Shown: positions 29,887 through 44,110, counted from the first letter of the stretch. The stretch is DNA of 64,000 nucleotides from the human T2T-CHM13v2.0 reference genome, Homo sapiens (GCF_009914755.1 NC_060925.1), one strand, 5' to 3'. Notes: a model not told the origin generated them from the letters alone. Made by a program: numbers and translations.

Positions 29887-30673
29887 TGTATTAGTTTGAA
29901 AGTGCCACAGACTGGGTATTTATTTTTCTCATAGTTCAGGAGTCTGGAATCTGAAATCAATTTATCACAGGGTGGGTTTTTCCTCAGGGCTCTCTCCTAG
30001 GCGGTAGATGGCTGTCTTCTTCCTGTGTCTTGACATGGTCTTCCCTTTGTGTGCATGCGGCATGCTGGACCTGGTACTCCAATAGGGATGACACCATGTT
30101 CAAGAAGCTGAAGAAGAGACCCAGAGCCAGGAAACAAGACACGGCGTTTATTGAGGGAAGCATACATGCAGAGTGGCCCAGGCAGAACTGCCGTGGCCTG
30201 CAGAAAGTATGCCATTTATAAGGCATTTTTCACTCCCCCTAACAACCTCCACCTGGCAACCTTTGTTTAACCCAACACAAAGGGCCTCAGTTGCCTGTAC
30301 ATCCCACGTTCCATGGGACTGGATGTAGGCTCAGATGTTCTTCACAGATAAGGAATGAATCTCTGGGCTGGCCACTCTCGGATTCCTTAGCTTGGAACTG
30401 TGAACACATACATACTCAGGTGCATCTGCCATACGGAGTCATTTTCAGGGTATGCTTAAGTTCAGTTATTGCTGTCAGGTATATCTACCATACATGTGCT
30501 TTTTGTCCTAATCTCTTCTTATAAGGACACCAGCCATATTGGATTAGGGCCCATGCTAATGACCCCATGTTAACTTAATTAAAACCCCATCTTCAAATAC
30601 AGTCACACTCTGAGGGACTGGAGGTTAGGATTTCAACATGTGAATTTGGAGGAGTCAGGATTCAGCCTGTAAC
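29887..30673 (-). mobile_element. MLT1A-type MaLR LTR, interrupted by LTR47
   Basis: tgtattagttt...gtagatggctgtcttcttcctgtgtc | cctaatctcttcttataaggacaccagccatattggattagggccc...aggatttcaacatgtgaattt. Confidence 0.85.
30056..30494 (-). mobile_element. LTR47 (ERVL) solo LTR
   Basis: Minus strand tgtatggtagatatacctgacagcaataact...aagcataccctgaaaatgac...gctaaggaatccgagagtggcc. Confidence 0.8.
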
Positions 30674-30789
30674 TATCACTGTCCCATCTCTTCCTAGCAT
30701 CAAGTGATTTTAAAAACTGCAGCCACGGTGCCACTTCCATCTCTGACTGAGCGTGAATCTACAATCCCAGCTCTATAGAGTTTAGAATA

Positions 30790-30972
30790 ATGAGTTACTT
30801 AAATTAGCTGCACTTTTGGAGAGTCTCCAGAAATTTCAAAGGAAAAAAAAGCCACTGGTACTGGATTTCATATCCAGAGATTTGATTTAATTGGTTCAGG
30901 TTGTAGTCTGGCCATGGGGATTGTTAAAAGCTCCCCAAAGGGCTCAAATATATAGTCAGGGACAAGAACCAG
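30790..30972. mobile_element. MER5A-like
   Basis: ccagagatttgatttaattggttcagg...ggggattgttaaaagctcccc. Confidence 0.6.
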
Positions 30973-31820
30973 AGGAAGGACTACTTGAGTTAAGGGTGGT
31001 AGGGATATTCAAATATAAATGGGGTGACTCAGTGAGTTCAGATGAGGAAGTTATTTAAAAATTTTTTATTATACAACACACTGAAAAAAAAAATCAAGGC
31101 TTGATTGACTTTCTTGCCTCTAAAGATGTTTCCCATGACTGGTGCTGACTTGATCATTTACTAGTAGTAAGTTAACCAGTAAATGATCAAAGAATAACTG
31201 CCAATAAGGACCCCTGTGACAGCCAAAGCTCTAGCAGTATTTTCTGCCTTTAAGAACCCAAAGCTTGAGTGGATGGAGAAGGGGAAACTAAATCCACTTT
31301 CATGGTCTCCACCACTTCAGAGAAATACCAATGACAAACCCAAAATAAATGATTTTGAGTGAGTTCTTTTTTACATTTTCTAATTCCTGAAAGTGTTGTT
31401 TTAATAAATATCATAAAGCTAACTTAAGAAGGAAACTTTGGAACTCTGTTGCAATTTATTAAAAACTGGGTTTACAACTGATCATTTACACTGAACTCCC
31501 ATTGTGTCCTCAATTTAGATAATGCACATGTATGGCTAGTTTTCCCAATCAGCAGATCCTTGTGACGCATGGCCCTGATGCTATATTTGAGTTTAGAGAA
31601 AGAAAATACATACTTTATTGCAAAAGAAATTTCAAACTTAAAAAATTAACTACAAAAACTAAAATGCCTGGCTTCTAGAGAATCTGACTTTGAAATAATA
31701 GTGGAGTTTAGTTTAAAACTTCTCATTTTATTATTCAGACAATTGAAGTCAAAGTAGAGATTAGAGATGTAGAGGAAGAAGACTTATAGAAAAGAAAATC
31801 TCTCTTTTACTTAAGCTAAG

Positions 31821-32211
31821 TGTCTTAGTCCATTTTGTGTTGTTATAAAGGAATACCTGAGGCTGGGTATAAAGAAAAGAGGTTTATTTGCCCCATGGTT
31901 CTGCGGGCTGTACAAGAAGCATGGTATCAGCACCTGCTTCTCGTGAGGGCCTTGGAAATCTTCCACTCATGATGGAAGGTGGAAGGAAGCCAGGATCACT
32001 CACGTGGCAAGAGAGGAGGAAAGAGAGAGGAGATGTGCCAGCCTCTTTTTAACAATCAGTTCTCACAGGAACTAATAGAGCAAGAACTCACTCATTACAG
32101 CAAGGACAGCACCCACCTTTCTGAGAGATCCACCCTCATTAACCAAACACCTCCCACCAGGATGAAATTTCAACATGAGATTCAGAGGGGACAAATATTC
32201 AAACTATATCA
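31821..32211 (-). mobile_element. MSTB MaLR solo LTR
   Basis: tgtcttagtccattttgtgttgttataaaggaatacctgaggctgggta...aaatttcaacatgagatt...caaactatatca; TSD ctaag/ctcag. Confidence 0.9.
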
Positions 32212-33189
32212 CTCAGTTTCAAATAATTATACTTCAAAAATACCAAGCAATGTTTGAAAGTCTTGAAAAGTACCTTTTTGAGCAGTTTTTCTAAAACTTC
32301 AAATTTTATGGCTGTAGTGCTGTAATTACAAAAGCTATGACACCATACTTCATTTGAATGTAATTCATTTTTCTTCTTTAAAAAAACTTAGAGAAATATT
32401 TCTGACTTCTGAATTCTATATGCTTCTTCCTTATATTACATATGAATTGCGATTCTCAAACACGATCTTCTTCACTGGTAATTTTCATTTTCTGTTTCAT
32501 TTACTTCTGTATTTCTCCACACATGCATACATACACACTCACTGTTTAATGAAATGGGAATGATGTCTACACTCTGGTAGAAATCCACTGACACAAGCCA
32601 ATGAGGTCAATCCTCAACTACCAAACTAGTTTTGCTCCAAGATCCATGTGTGATATGCTTATAACTTGAAAAATATTTTCCTCCATAAAGAATTACAATT
32701 AGTGGCTGTAATTGTAATTATACAACAAAGGCCAGTCAACAAAAAACATGACAGATACCTGTACTTTACTTACTATATATTAGCATACTAGTGTACACTC
32801 AGTTGGTATACAGTGGTGTCTAGGGCAAGGCTATACAAGAGAAAGGAAGAAGGGATTTGCTTCCTCTTTCCGTGCTTTCAAAATCACCCACCTATTCTCT
32901 CTCTCAGTCAAAACCCACATCTGTCAGTGTAGTCTACCTTATTTAAAAAGCATAGGTTACTTCCCTTCATCCTCTCAACACTATAATAAGGTTTTCTTTC
33001 AGTTTTATACCCAAGAAAACTATGCATCAGAAAGCTCGAGAAGCTTGCCTAAGATAAAACTATCAGACGTGGTAGAGTAGGGATTCAAATTCACATTTGT
33101 CTCACTTTCAACCAAATAAAAGAAACATACTGGTCACCACCAGTATTTGGTCTGATTCTCAACCAAATAAAAGAAACATACAAGGTCAC

Positions 33190-33353
33190 CACCATGCCAT
33201 TCCCAAGAGATTGCCCTTATGATCCAAATACCCCCACCAGGCCCCACCTCTAACACTGAAGTTAAAATTTCAACATGAGATTTAGCGGGGACAAATCCTG
33301 AAACTATTACTCAGTGTCAATGAAATGTACTTCGAAAACACGAGGCGATGTTT
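33190..33353 (-). repeat. Second copy of the MST end plus its adjacent unique flank
   Basis: caccaggccccacctctaacactg...tttcaacatgagatt...actcagtgtcaatgaaatgtacttcgaaaacacgaggcgatgttt, homologous to ~32110-32255. Confidence 0.8.
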
Positions 33354-33399
33354 AACATACTTACGTACACTAATGTGTGAATGAAATGGTCTTTCAGTC

Positions 33400-34080
33400 T
33401 CTGGAATTCCCAACTACGATATCCAAATACTCTTTCTTGGTCCTTATCTGAAGTATCTGATACTATTTATTAATCCCTCCTTCTTGGCTACCATAACCAG
33501 ACTTGGTATTTTCCTTCTGTTTTTTTTTTCCATCTTTTCTTTAATCTGATAACCTCCCTAGCCTTTCCAGAAGGCTATTTTTTATTTTCCCTAAGGTTAA
33601 ATTTGCCACATTCTTCCCTTCTCATGATATATATTTCCTCTTAAGAACCTCAGCCATTCCCCTATTTCAATTATTATCCATGGGTTGATTATTACAAATC
33701 GTATCTCTAGCCTATATTTATCAGTTCTAGAACTTTCATTCTAACAACTTACTAGAAGTTCCCACCTGCATAAACCATAATGACCCCAAATTCAACATAT
33801 TCAAAACTGAACGTATTATCTTCTTCTAAATACATCCCTGCTTCTGGAGTCCCAGTTATATTTATTGGCATTGTAATGATCTGTCTAGCCTTCTAAGATA
33901 CAAATCTGAGTCATTCTTGACTTCACATGCTCCCCATCATCCAGTTATCAAGTTCTACCAATTCTACTTACTAAACAAACATCTCCTGAATGTATTTCCT
34001 CCTGTTTATTCCCATTGACTACATTTCTCATTAAGACTATCTAAATATTTTTAAGTAGTGTTCCTGCTTCTAATCTCACT
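33400..34080 (+). mobile_element. L2 fragment
   Basis: caaattcaacatattcaaaactgaac..attatc, gagtcattcttgacttc, tcaagttctaccaattctact. Confidence 0.65.
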
Positions 34081-34124
34081 GCAAACTTCTTCACCGTTAT
34101 TATATTAACATTTTTTAAATACTG

Positions 34125-34330
34125 TTCAACAAATACTTGTTAAGCACCTATTACATGCCAGCAGTGTGCTGGATCCTAAGGATGTAATGCAAAAGAAGAC
34201 ACAGGAAAGTCTCTCAGAAAGTTCACAGATTCTAAAGGAAAAAAAAAGGCAAAATAGAATATCTTTTAAGAAATATTAAAATAGGAGTAAGCACAGGTTT
34301 CAAAAGATTCAGAAAGAGAAGGCATTTAAC
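34125..34330 (-). mobile_element. L2 3' end
   Basis: ttcaacaaatacttgttaagcacctattacatgccagcagtgtgctgg. Confidence 0.65.
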
Positions 34331-35240
34331 CTAAATAGGAAGTTGGCTTTCTTTTTTATGTTCCCAACACTTTGCACATATCTCTATTTTTGTTATTTCA
34401 ACAAAGTCATTGTTAGAAGAGCATAAGAGCTGTGACCAATAACCAGAAGTAAAAAGAATCAAACAATAAACAGACTAGAAGAATCCAATCAAGTGATAAC
34501 TAAGCATGGTCAGCAGAATCACGTCCATGAAAGTGACTAAAGTTATAATAGATTAGAAAATGTTAGAGAAGGGAATAAAACCCAGGGCATATTGATTACA
34601 AAAGGAACCTCATCCTGAAGGTTATAGACTTGGAGTTTCCTGTTGTCTTAGTGACTCCAAAATTTCTCAGTATTTTCACTGACACTCAGGATAAATCAAC
34701 AGCCATATCTTCCTGCTCAAACTCAAATCCCAAATCCAGAAACATCAGCTCACCCAAGGTGGCAACCATGTGATAGTCATGAAATGTTTGACCTAGCAAT
34801 GCTAGCTTACCTAAGGCAACAAATAAATCTATTACTCTTAATGAGTAAATGTTTGGAAAGATTTGGAAATAAACACATCAATTATACCACAGATGACTCT
34901 CATATTGCTAATTATTTCATGTTAAATTGAGGATAATCTATATATGTTTGTTAAAGTATTTGTAATATTTTTTAAAAGACCTATCCAAGAATTTGAAAGA
35001 TTAATCCTTTGGTTTCAATTTAAATATATAATTGTGTTTAAAATAATCATTTTTAAGCTGAAAGTATGAAAGAATTTGGTTACATTTGCTAATAGTGTCA
35101 AATCCTTTTTAAACTTAAACTTGATTTTCTAACTTTAATTTATTAGAATTTAGGAACTGTTTAAAGTACTTGAGAAGGTTTTTATTATTAGAATTTATAT
35201 ATTCCCAATTAAACATTTGAAGTATTAAAAATACATTAAC

Positions 35241-35560
<320 letters not shown>

Positions 35561-36380
35561 CTAAATTATTTTAAATAAGAAAATGTCATTAAATTTCTAA
35601 AAGAGATCAATTTTTAAGGAGATTTAATCTGTTTAACTTAAGATAAACACAAAGAAAAAGTTTAAAGAAGATTGTAAAATAATGACCAAGCTTTGCAAGT
35701 TAAATGTAAACTCTCAAGGAAAATTATTTTAATAGAAATTTAAATTAATTCAGATAATTATAAGTAGTTTCGCTGCACACAAAAGCTAGTCTCTAACATA
35801 ACTTATTTCGATAATTATAAAGATTTGTTATATGTCTGTCTTTCCAATAGACTATAAGTTCCTTGGAGACCAGACCGAGACCAGAAACCTACAGATTGCC
35901 TGGCGCAGTCAATACTCAGTGAACGTTCAAGAAAGGAAATATTCCTTGGCCCTACCTTGTAGTATGTTCAGGCTCCATGCTTTGTCACACTGGTCTCCTT
36001 ACTGATTTTTATACATTTTACACTCTTATCAGTCTTTCTGCTCATGCTGGTACATTCACCTGGACTCTTATTTCTACTTACTCTCCACCTCTCTACTTCA
36101 CCTCTGTCTACATACTATGCTCCAAATCAAATTTAATATACTACATAGCCCTAGATATAACCATACAGACTTAGACAAAACCAACCAAAGCAGAAAAAAT
36201 TACCTATATATGTAATGCCCATAAGTGACAAAAAAATTCTTTGATTGTTTAAATCTTATTTCCAGCCAAACATTGTTTGCTCTTAAAAAAGAAAATCTGA
36301 TGAGTTGTTATTAGCCACATATTTTCAAAAATAAAACGCATTCATGATACTGGATTCCTACTAAAACAGGCACATGACTA

Positions 36381-36550
36381 GGAAACATTTCAGACTGTGG
36401 CACAAAGAAGTGGAGACCACCAGAGCATGGTAGCTTTGCTAAATGGAGGAGGCAGAAACGAGAGTCAGGGCTACTGTTCAGAGTAGAATTTGCAAAGCAT
36501 GGTACCAGAGGGGCAAGATCTGGACAAAGAAAGAATTCCAGAAATTTGCA
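36381..36550 (+). repeat. Displaced copy of an L1M 5'-region segment (other copy 37523-37692)
   Basis: gaaacatttcagactgtggc...ggaggcagaaac...agatctggacaaagaa.gaattccagaa present twice, roughly 80% identical. Confidence 0.85.
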
Positions 36551-36784
36551 ATCATATTGTAATCCTGTTTACAAGGTTTGCATCATATTCAACCATCTTA
36601 CTATTATTTTCTTATCTTTAAACTACAGATATTTTAAAGATTTTCACAATATTATATCTAAGAATCCTATAATTATAAAATGTCAGGAGATGTGTGAAAA
36701 GGAAATACTAGGTTAGCAATATCTCACCATGAAATATCTTTTTTTAATAAAAAACTTAAGTTCCACTTTTGTCAGTTTCTAGGT

Positions 36785-36971
36785 ATGTACATCTATATGT
36801 ATATGTGTATACACATATATACGTATATGTGTGTATACATATATACATATATAATACATATATATATTTATTTGTATAAATGTGTATATATATACATATT
36901 TATTTGTATAAATGTGCATATGTGTGTATATATATGCATACATGTGTATGTGTATATAGGTATGTATGTAT
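36785..36971. repeat. Degenerate (TA/TG/CA)n purine-pyrimidine microsatellite
   Basis: atgtacatctatatgtatatgtgtatacacatatatacg... Confidence 0.9.
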
Positions 36972-37137
36972 GGCAAGTATTTAGTTGGTTGGAAATTTTG
37001 AAACCTTTGTACTCCCAGTGTTTAGTTCTGTTATCAAATAAAGCTACATACAAAAAGGTCATAGCAGGCAATATCCAAATAGAGGTATACTATTAGTAAA
37101 AAAAAAAAAGAAATTCTAATGACATGGAAATTGCTTA

Positions 37138-37695
<558 letters not shown>

Positions 37696-39087
37696 TCAAG
37701 AAGAAAAAACAATAGAAGCTGTGAGCAGAATGGTACTTGTGAAGGTTGTATCATACTAGGAGACAAAGGATTTCTGAGAAGTCAGATTGTTGAGATCTCA
37801 ATGAATAGCCCAGGCATTCAAATGAAACTCCCAAAGTCCCAGACATTAGGGTTAGAACTACTCTAGCCCTAAAGATGACTCTGGACTCACTCTAACAAAG
37901 GTTAAAAACAAGTCTCAAAAGGATCATGCTGATATACCAGTAAATTATCTACCTGCCAGAACAGAAATCAACACTATTTAGGCGTATACTATAAAATTCA
38001 GACTCTCGACAATGCAGTATCCTTGCTTCCTAGCACCACTAACAATGACTGGACATGTAAAAAGGCATAAACAGATGGCTCACACTAGGAAAGGAGGGTA
38101 AAATCACCTTCAATAGAAACAGACTCACAGATAACAAAAATGTTGAATTCACAGATAAGAAATTTTTAGAAGCTATTATGAATATGTTTAAGGATTTAAA
38201 GGAAATGTAGACACACTGGGTAAAGTTATTTCTCAGTAGAGAAATGAAAACATTTTTAGAGATATAAATTATAATTCTAGATCTGACAAAAAAAAATTGG
38301 TATAAAAAATTCATTAGTTGTACTCCACAGCAGATTGGAAACTTTAGTAGAAGATACCTAGTAGAGCTAGAATACAGAGCAATACAAACTATTAACACTA
38401 ACGACACTGAATAAAAAGCTAAAATGATAAGCAAAGCCTCAGTGACTAGTAGGAAGATATCAAACAGCCTAACATACATATAATTAGATTTCCAGAAGTA
38501 GACAAAAGAAATACTGTGGTGGAAAAATATTTGAAGATATAATAGCTAAAATGTTCTCAGATGTCACAAAAATATTAATCCACAGATGCAAGAATCTTTA
38601 AAAAAAAGGCCCAAGAATAATCAAAATGCTAAAAATCAAAAGGAAAAATAGTAAAACACAGAATTTTAAAAAATTATAAAAATATCACTGATTTCACATC
38701 AACAATGCATGCCAGGAGGCCATGGAAGAACTTATCTAATCAGCTTAACTTTTTAAAATGTGAAATTCTATATCCAGTGAAAATATCATTCAAACATGAT
38801 GACAAAATAGGGAAATTTTCAAATAGACAATATCTGAGAGAAATTGTAACTAGCAGGTCTGTACTACAAGAAATGTTAAAGAAAGTTTGTTAGTCTAAAA
38901 AGAAATGAAAGCAGGTAAAAATGTGGACATGTATGATGGAATGAAGAATTCTAGAAATAAAAAAATGTGCATACACGCAAAAGATTTTGTTTTTTAAAAA
39001 ATATGACTGTTTAAAGAAAAAAATAAGAGTAACTGATATGTAGAAATAAATGACAACAAAAACATAAATGGGAGGTTGAAAAAAATA

Positions 39088-39464
39088 TGATATAGCTTGG
39101 ATTTGTGTCTTTGCCCAAATCTCACATCAAATTTTAATCCCCAGTGTTGGAAGAGGGGCCTGGTGGGAGGTGATTGGATCATGGGGGCAGATTTCCCCCT
39201 TGCTGTTCTCGTGATAGTAAGTGAGTTCTCAAGAGATCTGGTTATTTAAAAGGGTGTAGCACCTCCGCTTTGCTCTCTTCCTCCTGCTTCAGCCATGTAA
39301 GATGTGCCTGCTTCCCCTTCTGCCATGATTATAAGTTTCCTGAGGCCCCCACAGCCATGCTTCCTGTACAGCCTGCAGAACTGTGAGCCAATTAAACCTC
39401 TTTTCTTTAAAAATTACCCAGTCTCAGGTATTTCTTTATAGCAGTGTGACAATGGACTAATAAA
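39088..39464 (+). mobile_element. MSTA MaLR solo LTR
   Basis: tgatatagcttggatttgtgtc...ggtgattggatcatgggggcagatttcccc...aattaaacctcttttc...acccagtctcaggta...ggactaata. Confidence 0.92.
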
Positions 39465-39840
39465 ATATACAATTCAAATTTTCTTAAATTTTACTTAAAA
39501 TGACATAGCTCATTTGAAAATTGAGTGTAATAAGTTAAAGATGAATATTTTAATCCCTAGGGACACCACTAAAAACAGTTAAATATAAAGCCAATAAAGG
39601 ATATAAAATGGAATATAGACATATGCACGCAAAAGAGAAAGGAAGAAAGTAAAAAGAGTAACATCAGCAACAACATCAAAGTGAGAAAAATTTAAAAAAA
39701 GCAGACAATAGATTTTATTTAACCATATTGATATTTAAATTACACATAAGTGGTCTTGAACATTCCAATTAAAAGGCAGGCATTAAGAAACTGGATAAAA
39801 TAACAAAATCCAACTCTATTGTTTTTAAGAATGAACTTCA

Positions 39841-41180
39841 TTTTTTAATTTTTTTAATGATATTGGAAGTACTTTATTTTATCATGTGACATCATATAAC
39901 AGCAGTCTTATTTACAGCTGCCTAACCACACAATGTAGATTTGAATTTGAATAGGGAAGCTGGCTCAGAAACAGCAATACTACTGACTCAAGAACTGATG
40001 TTTACATGATGACGTTTTGACTGATTTACAGGAGTTTTAAAACACAAGTTTATACTGATTAGAATTATTTCATGGTTTCATAAAAGCACTACTGTATTAA
40101 ACCAAAAATAAACTAGGTATAGTTTATTCACATAATGAAGCTGCAATTGAAAACAAGCTTACAAATTTCCCATCTCAGGTCTTTTTTCTGTTCTCAGCAT
40201 TACTACAAATGCCTCCTTCCATCACCATGCTGAACTCCTCAGCATCTTCTATATCACTTCCAGAGGAATGTCTGGAAAGTAGTGATGCTTATCTTCCCTC
40301 AGAAGCAAACTGATAATGCCAATATCCCCACAACTCATACTTTTTGCCTTTTTGATATGTGCTTCTTTTTGGCATAACAGAAGAAACACACCACTAGGAT
40401 TCTGAAAACCTAAACTCTGGGCCTGCTGGTTATAAACTGCAGAATCTTAGAGCGTGTATCCTCCCCAAGTGCCTCTTTTCTCAACTGCAAAAAAAAAAAA
40501 AAAAAAAAAAATTGTATTTGTTTGGTCCTTTGTACTCCTTTTATTACTTATCTTCATAATAATCCTTAGACTGAAGAAAGGCAGCATTATCCCCAGTTTA
40601 TAGAAGAAATTCAATCTCAAAGCAATTATACAATCTACCCAAGATCCCACAGGTAGTAATATATCAAATGGCAGAGCTAAACTCACACAATCTCACACAA
40701 GATCCTAGTACTGGAATGTGTTGTGCTCCTAAGTTTGCTAAATGGATGAAGCAGGAATTTCCCAGGTACCTTCCAATGATCACATTCTGTGCTTCTACTT
40801 GCTATTTTCTCTTCTCTCAACTAGCGTTAAAATCAGAAAATATGTATATTTAATCACTAAATTTCATTTGTCATGGATCTTTGATTTAACTGTTGTTTTA
40901 AGGTTTTTTTGTATTTCTATATTGAATTCAGAAAAATAATTTTTTTTTTCAAATAGTTCTTGCTGCTGCCTGCCTCTCCGAAAGCTTTTGGACTTACCTA
41001 TTTGTCAAGGCAAAAAATGCTAACATTTTATAAACATCACTAATCACTTTTTATAACTTTAAAGACAATTATTCCATACTTAAAACCAATTCAAAACAAA
41101 AGAAATTCTGGTTAATTCTTATTCTCTGGAGTACTAATAAAAATGTATTTTCTACTGATTTTGTATCCAAGGACTAAATT
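39841..41180 (-). pseudogene. Retro-inserted gene 3' end (unidentified parent), probably intron-retaining
   Basis: Poly(T) 39841-39855, minus-strand AATAAA at 39873-39878, exon-like body up to an acceptor-like T23-GCAG at 40485-40511; L1 EN sequence resumes near 41180. Confidence 0.6.
40560..40700 (-). mobile_element. MIR fragment inside the inserted segment
   Basis: cattatccccagtttatagaagaaatt...cccaagatcccacaggtagtaa...aatggcagagct. Confidence 0.55.
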
Positions 41181-41287
41181 TTAAATGCAAAATTATTAAA
41201 AGTACAAAATATACAAAAGGTTAAAGTACAAAGTACAAAATGATTAAAAGAGAAAAGGATGAAATCATACCACATACCTATTAATCA

Positions 41288-41650
<363 letters not shown>

Positions 41651-43171
41651 GTCAAGTATTGCCATGAATTGAAAAGAACATTTCATAATAATCAGGAGTC
41701 AATTAATCAAGAAACACTAACAATCCTAAATGTAAATAAACCTAATAATATCATGGATCTAATAAAACTTCAAAATGCACAAAGCAAAAACTAAAGAAAT
41801 AAAGGAAGAAATAGACAAATCCACAATTACATTTGGAGATGCTACCTCTTATCTTTCTAGAATTGATAGAAAAACTGTCCAAAAAATCAATAATTATATT
41901 AAAGATATCAGTTGAACAATTGAACCTAGTTAACAAATGTCAGTAGTACACTACACCCAACAATGGCACAATGCATATTCTGTTCAGTAGTACATGGAGT
42001 ATTCACCTACAGAAATTATATGCTGGGCCACAAGAAGTTTCAGGAATTTGGAAATATTGTAATCATACAGTGTATGTTTTATGACTAAAAAGATCAAATG
42101 AGCAATCAATAGCAAAAAGATATCTAGGAGTTTCTAAGCCTTTAGGATAATGCCATTCACTTGATTCCAAGTCTCCATACACACTATCCCCGGAAACATC
42201 AAATCACCAAATAGTGCAAATAAAACCACACAAGACTAAGAGATTAAAAAAATACCATGAATTTCAATAACCTATAAGTACACTAAAAAAAAAAATCCAA
42301 CAGAGCTCTCATTACTAACTGCAAACTTTTGAGTGGACAGAGTGGGAAAAAGAACTGAAATGAAACCAAAAAATACTGTCCCATAAAGAGAAAAAGAGAA
42401 AGTCTAACACTAAATGGTAAAAACTGAACAAAGGTTTGGGACTTGGTCATTCACAACACTGTCTTTGGAAAAGGGGTTATAAAGTGATCACGATTAGAAG
42501 TGACAGTCTCAAAGAATCATTGCTTCTTGGGAAAATCAGATTAATAGTGAAAAGGTGGTACCTCTTGGAGATAGGGCAGTGCAAGGAAGTAGAAAATCTT
42601 CCCTTCCCAGCACCAGTATCATACATTAAATGCACTGCATTTCACTAAACTGACAGAAAAAGGGCTCCTGTCCTAGGACTCTGTCCACAGTGCACAGAAA
42701 TAGGAAAAAAAAAATTTCATGCATAACTACTAAACATAGGAAACAGAAAATATGACCCAAAAGAATCAGCTGATGACAATTCTTCCCTAAATACAATAGT
42801 TACATAGAAGAAATGGTAATATAACAATTTGTACTAAATTATATATCCTTAAGTATTTTGGGATATAAAAAATAATTTGGAATCATAAATTCTAAAATTA
42901 AAAACAAAAAGGGACAAAGGAGAGTAGAACATAAAATTGAATAGACCACATTTAAGATAAAAATAGAATAAAACAAAATAATATTAGAAATAAAGATGAA
43001 ATTATAAAGGGATAACAGATTCAAATTTAAATAGTAATGAGTATTGAATAAAAAAAGGGAAGACATCCAAGAAAACAAAACTGATATTTTTTTCTAAACA
43101 GAGAAAAAAAAATTCAGAAAGTGGTTGCAGTGTAATTCAGGTAAAGAAGAGCCAACTTAAATGTTACTGAA

Positions 43172-43230
43172 GAAGGAAGGAAGGAAGGAAGGAAGGAAGG
43201 AAGGAAGGAAGGAAGGAAGGAAGGAAGGAA
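43172..43230 (+). repeat. (GGAA)14 microsatellite
   Basis: 14 uninterrupted GGAA units at 43175-43230. Confidence 0.97.
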
Positions 43231-43961
43231 ATATTAAAAACCATAAACAAAAAAAACTTTCCAGAAATAAAAGAAAAAGTGAATCTACACATTGAAAAGT
43301 TATAGCAGATACCTAGGAAAAGGCCTAACAATAAGCATTGTATTTATTTGTAGATCTAAGACCAAAACAAGGATGAGGCTCTGAATAATGTCATATGTGA
43401 GTATGGTTTGTTCTCACAAAACAGAAAGAATGCAACTAAAAAAATATTGGCTTTCTCACTTGTATATTTATTAGATGTGAGTCAAAATACATCATTTAAA
43501 ACTGACAGATCTTACAGCAAATGGTAAAAAATATAAGTAAAAAGTTAACCACTGGAACAAAAGTTCCAAATCCTAAGAATTGAAAAGAAAATTTTAAATG
43601 GCAAAGAAGACACAACAAATAATACACAATATACACAGAAGTTATATTATAACAAAAGTTGAAAATACATCAGTTGAAGTAATAAATGTGAAATTATTTA
43701 ATTCATTTAATAAGAAAAATATTTTCAAGTTGGCTCATAAAGCAAAATCCAACCCTGTGCTGAATACATGATACTGTTAAGGTTCTATATATTTAAAGCA
43801 ACTGTTGAAAAGACAAAGCTAAAACTAAATTCAAACAAACAATTAAATTCAACTGAACTCTATTTCAATTGAATAACAATCACATTTGAGAAAACTAATT
43901 TAAGGAAGTTTTGAACACAATATTTTGACTTTTACATTCAAAATATTCATAGTACTTTGAC

Positions 43962-44066
43962 ATTATACATACAAAAAAGACTTCAGGTCTGTTTGCAATT
44001 GTACCCAACCCCAACTCTGGGGTGTACAATTGCAAACAGACCTGAAATCTTTTTTGTAAGTTTAAT
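43962..44066. repeat. Long inverted repeat / hairpin
   Basis: tacaaaaaagacttcaggtctgtttgcaattgtac ... gtacaattgcaaacagacctgaaatcttttttgta (34/35 complementary). Confidence 0.95.
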
Positions 44067-44071
44067 ATGTG

Positions 44072-44074
<3 letters not shown>

Positions 44075-44110
<36 letters not shown>
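44075..44110. repeat. (GT)18 microsatellite
   Basis: Direct reading. Confidence 0.97.

Noticed and set aside
36779-37096. Y/I/C/V/H-rich ORFs
   Set aside because: Translation of a TA/TG microsatellite
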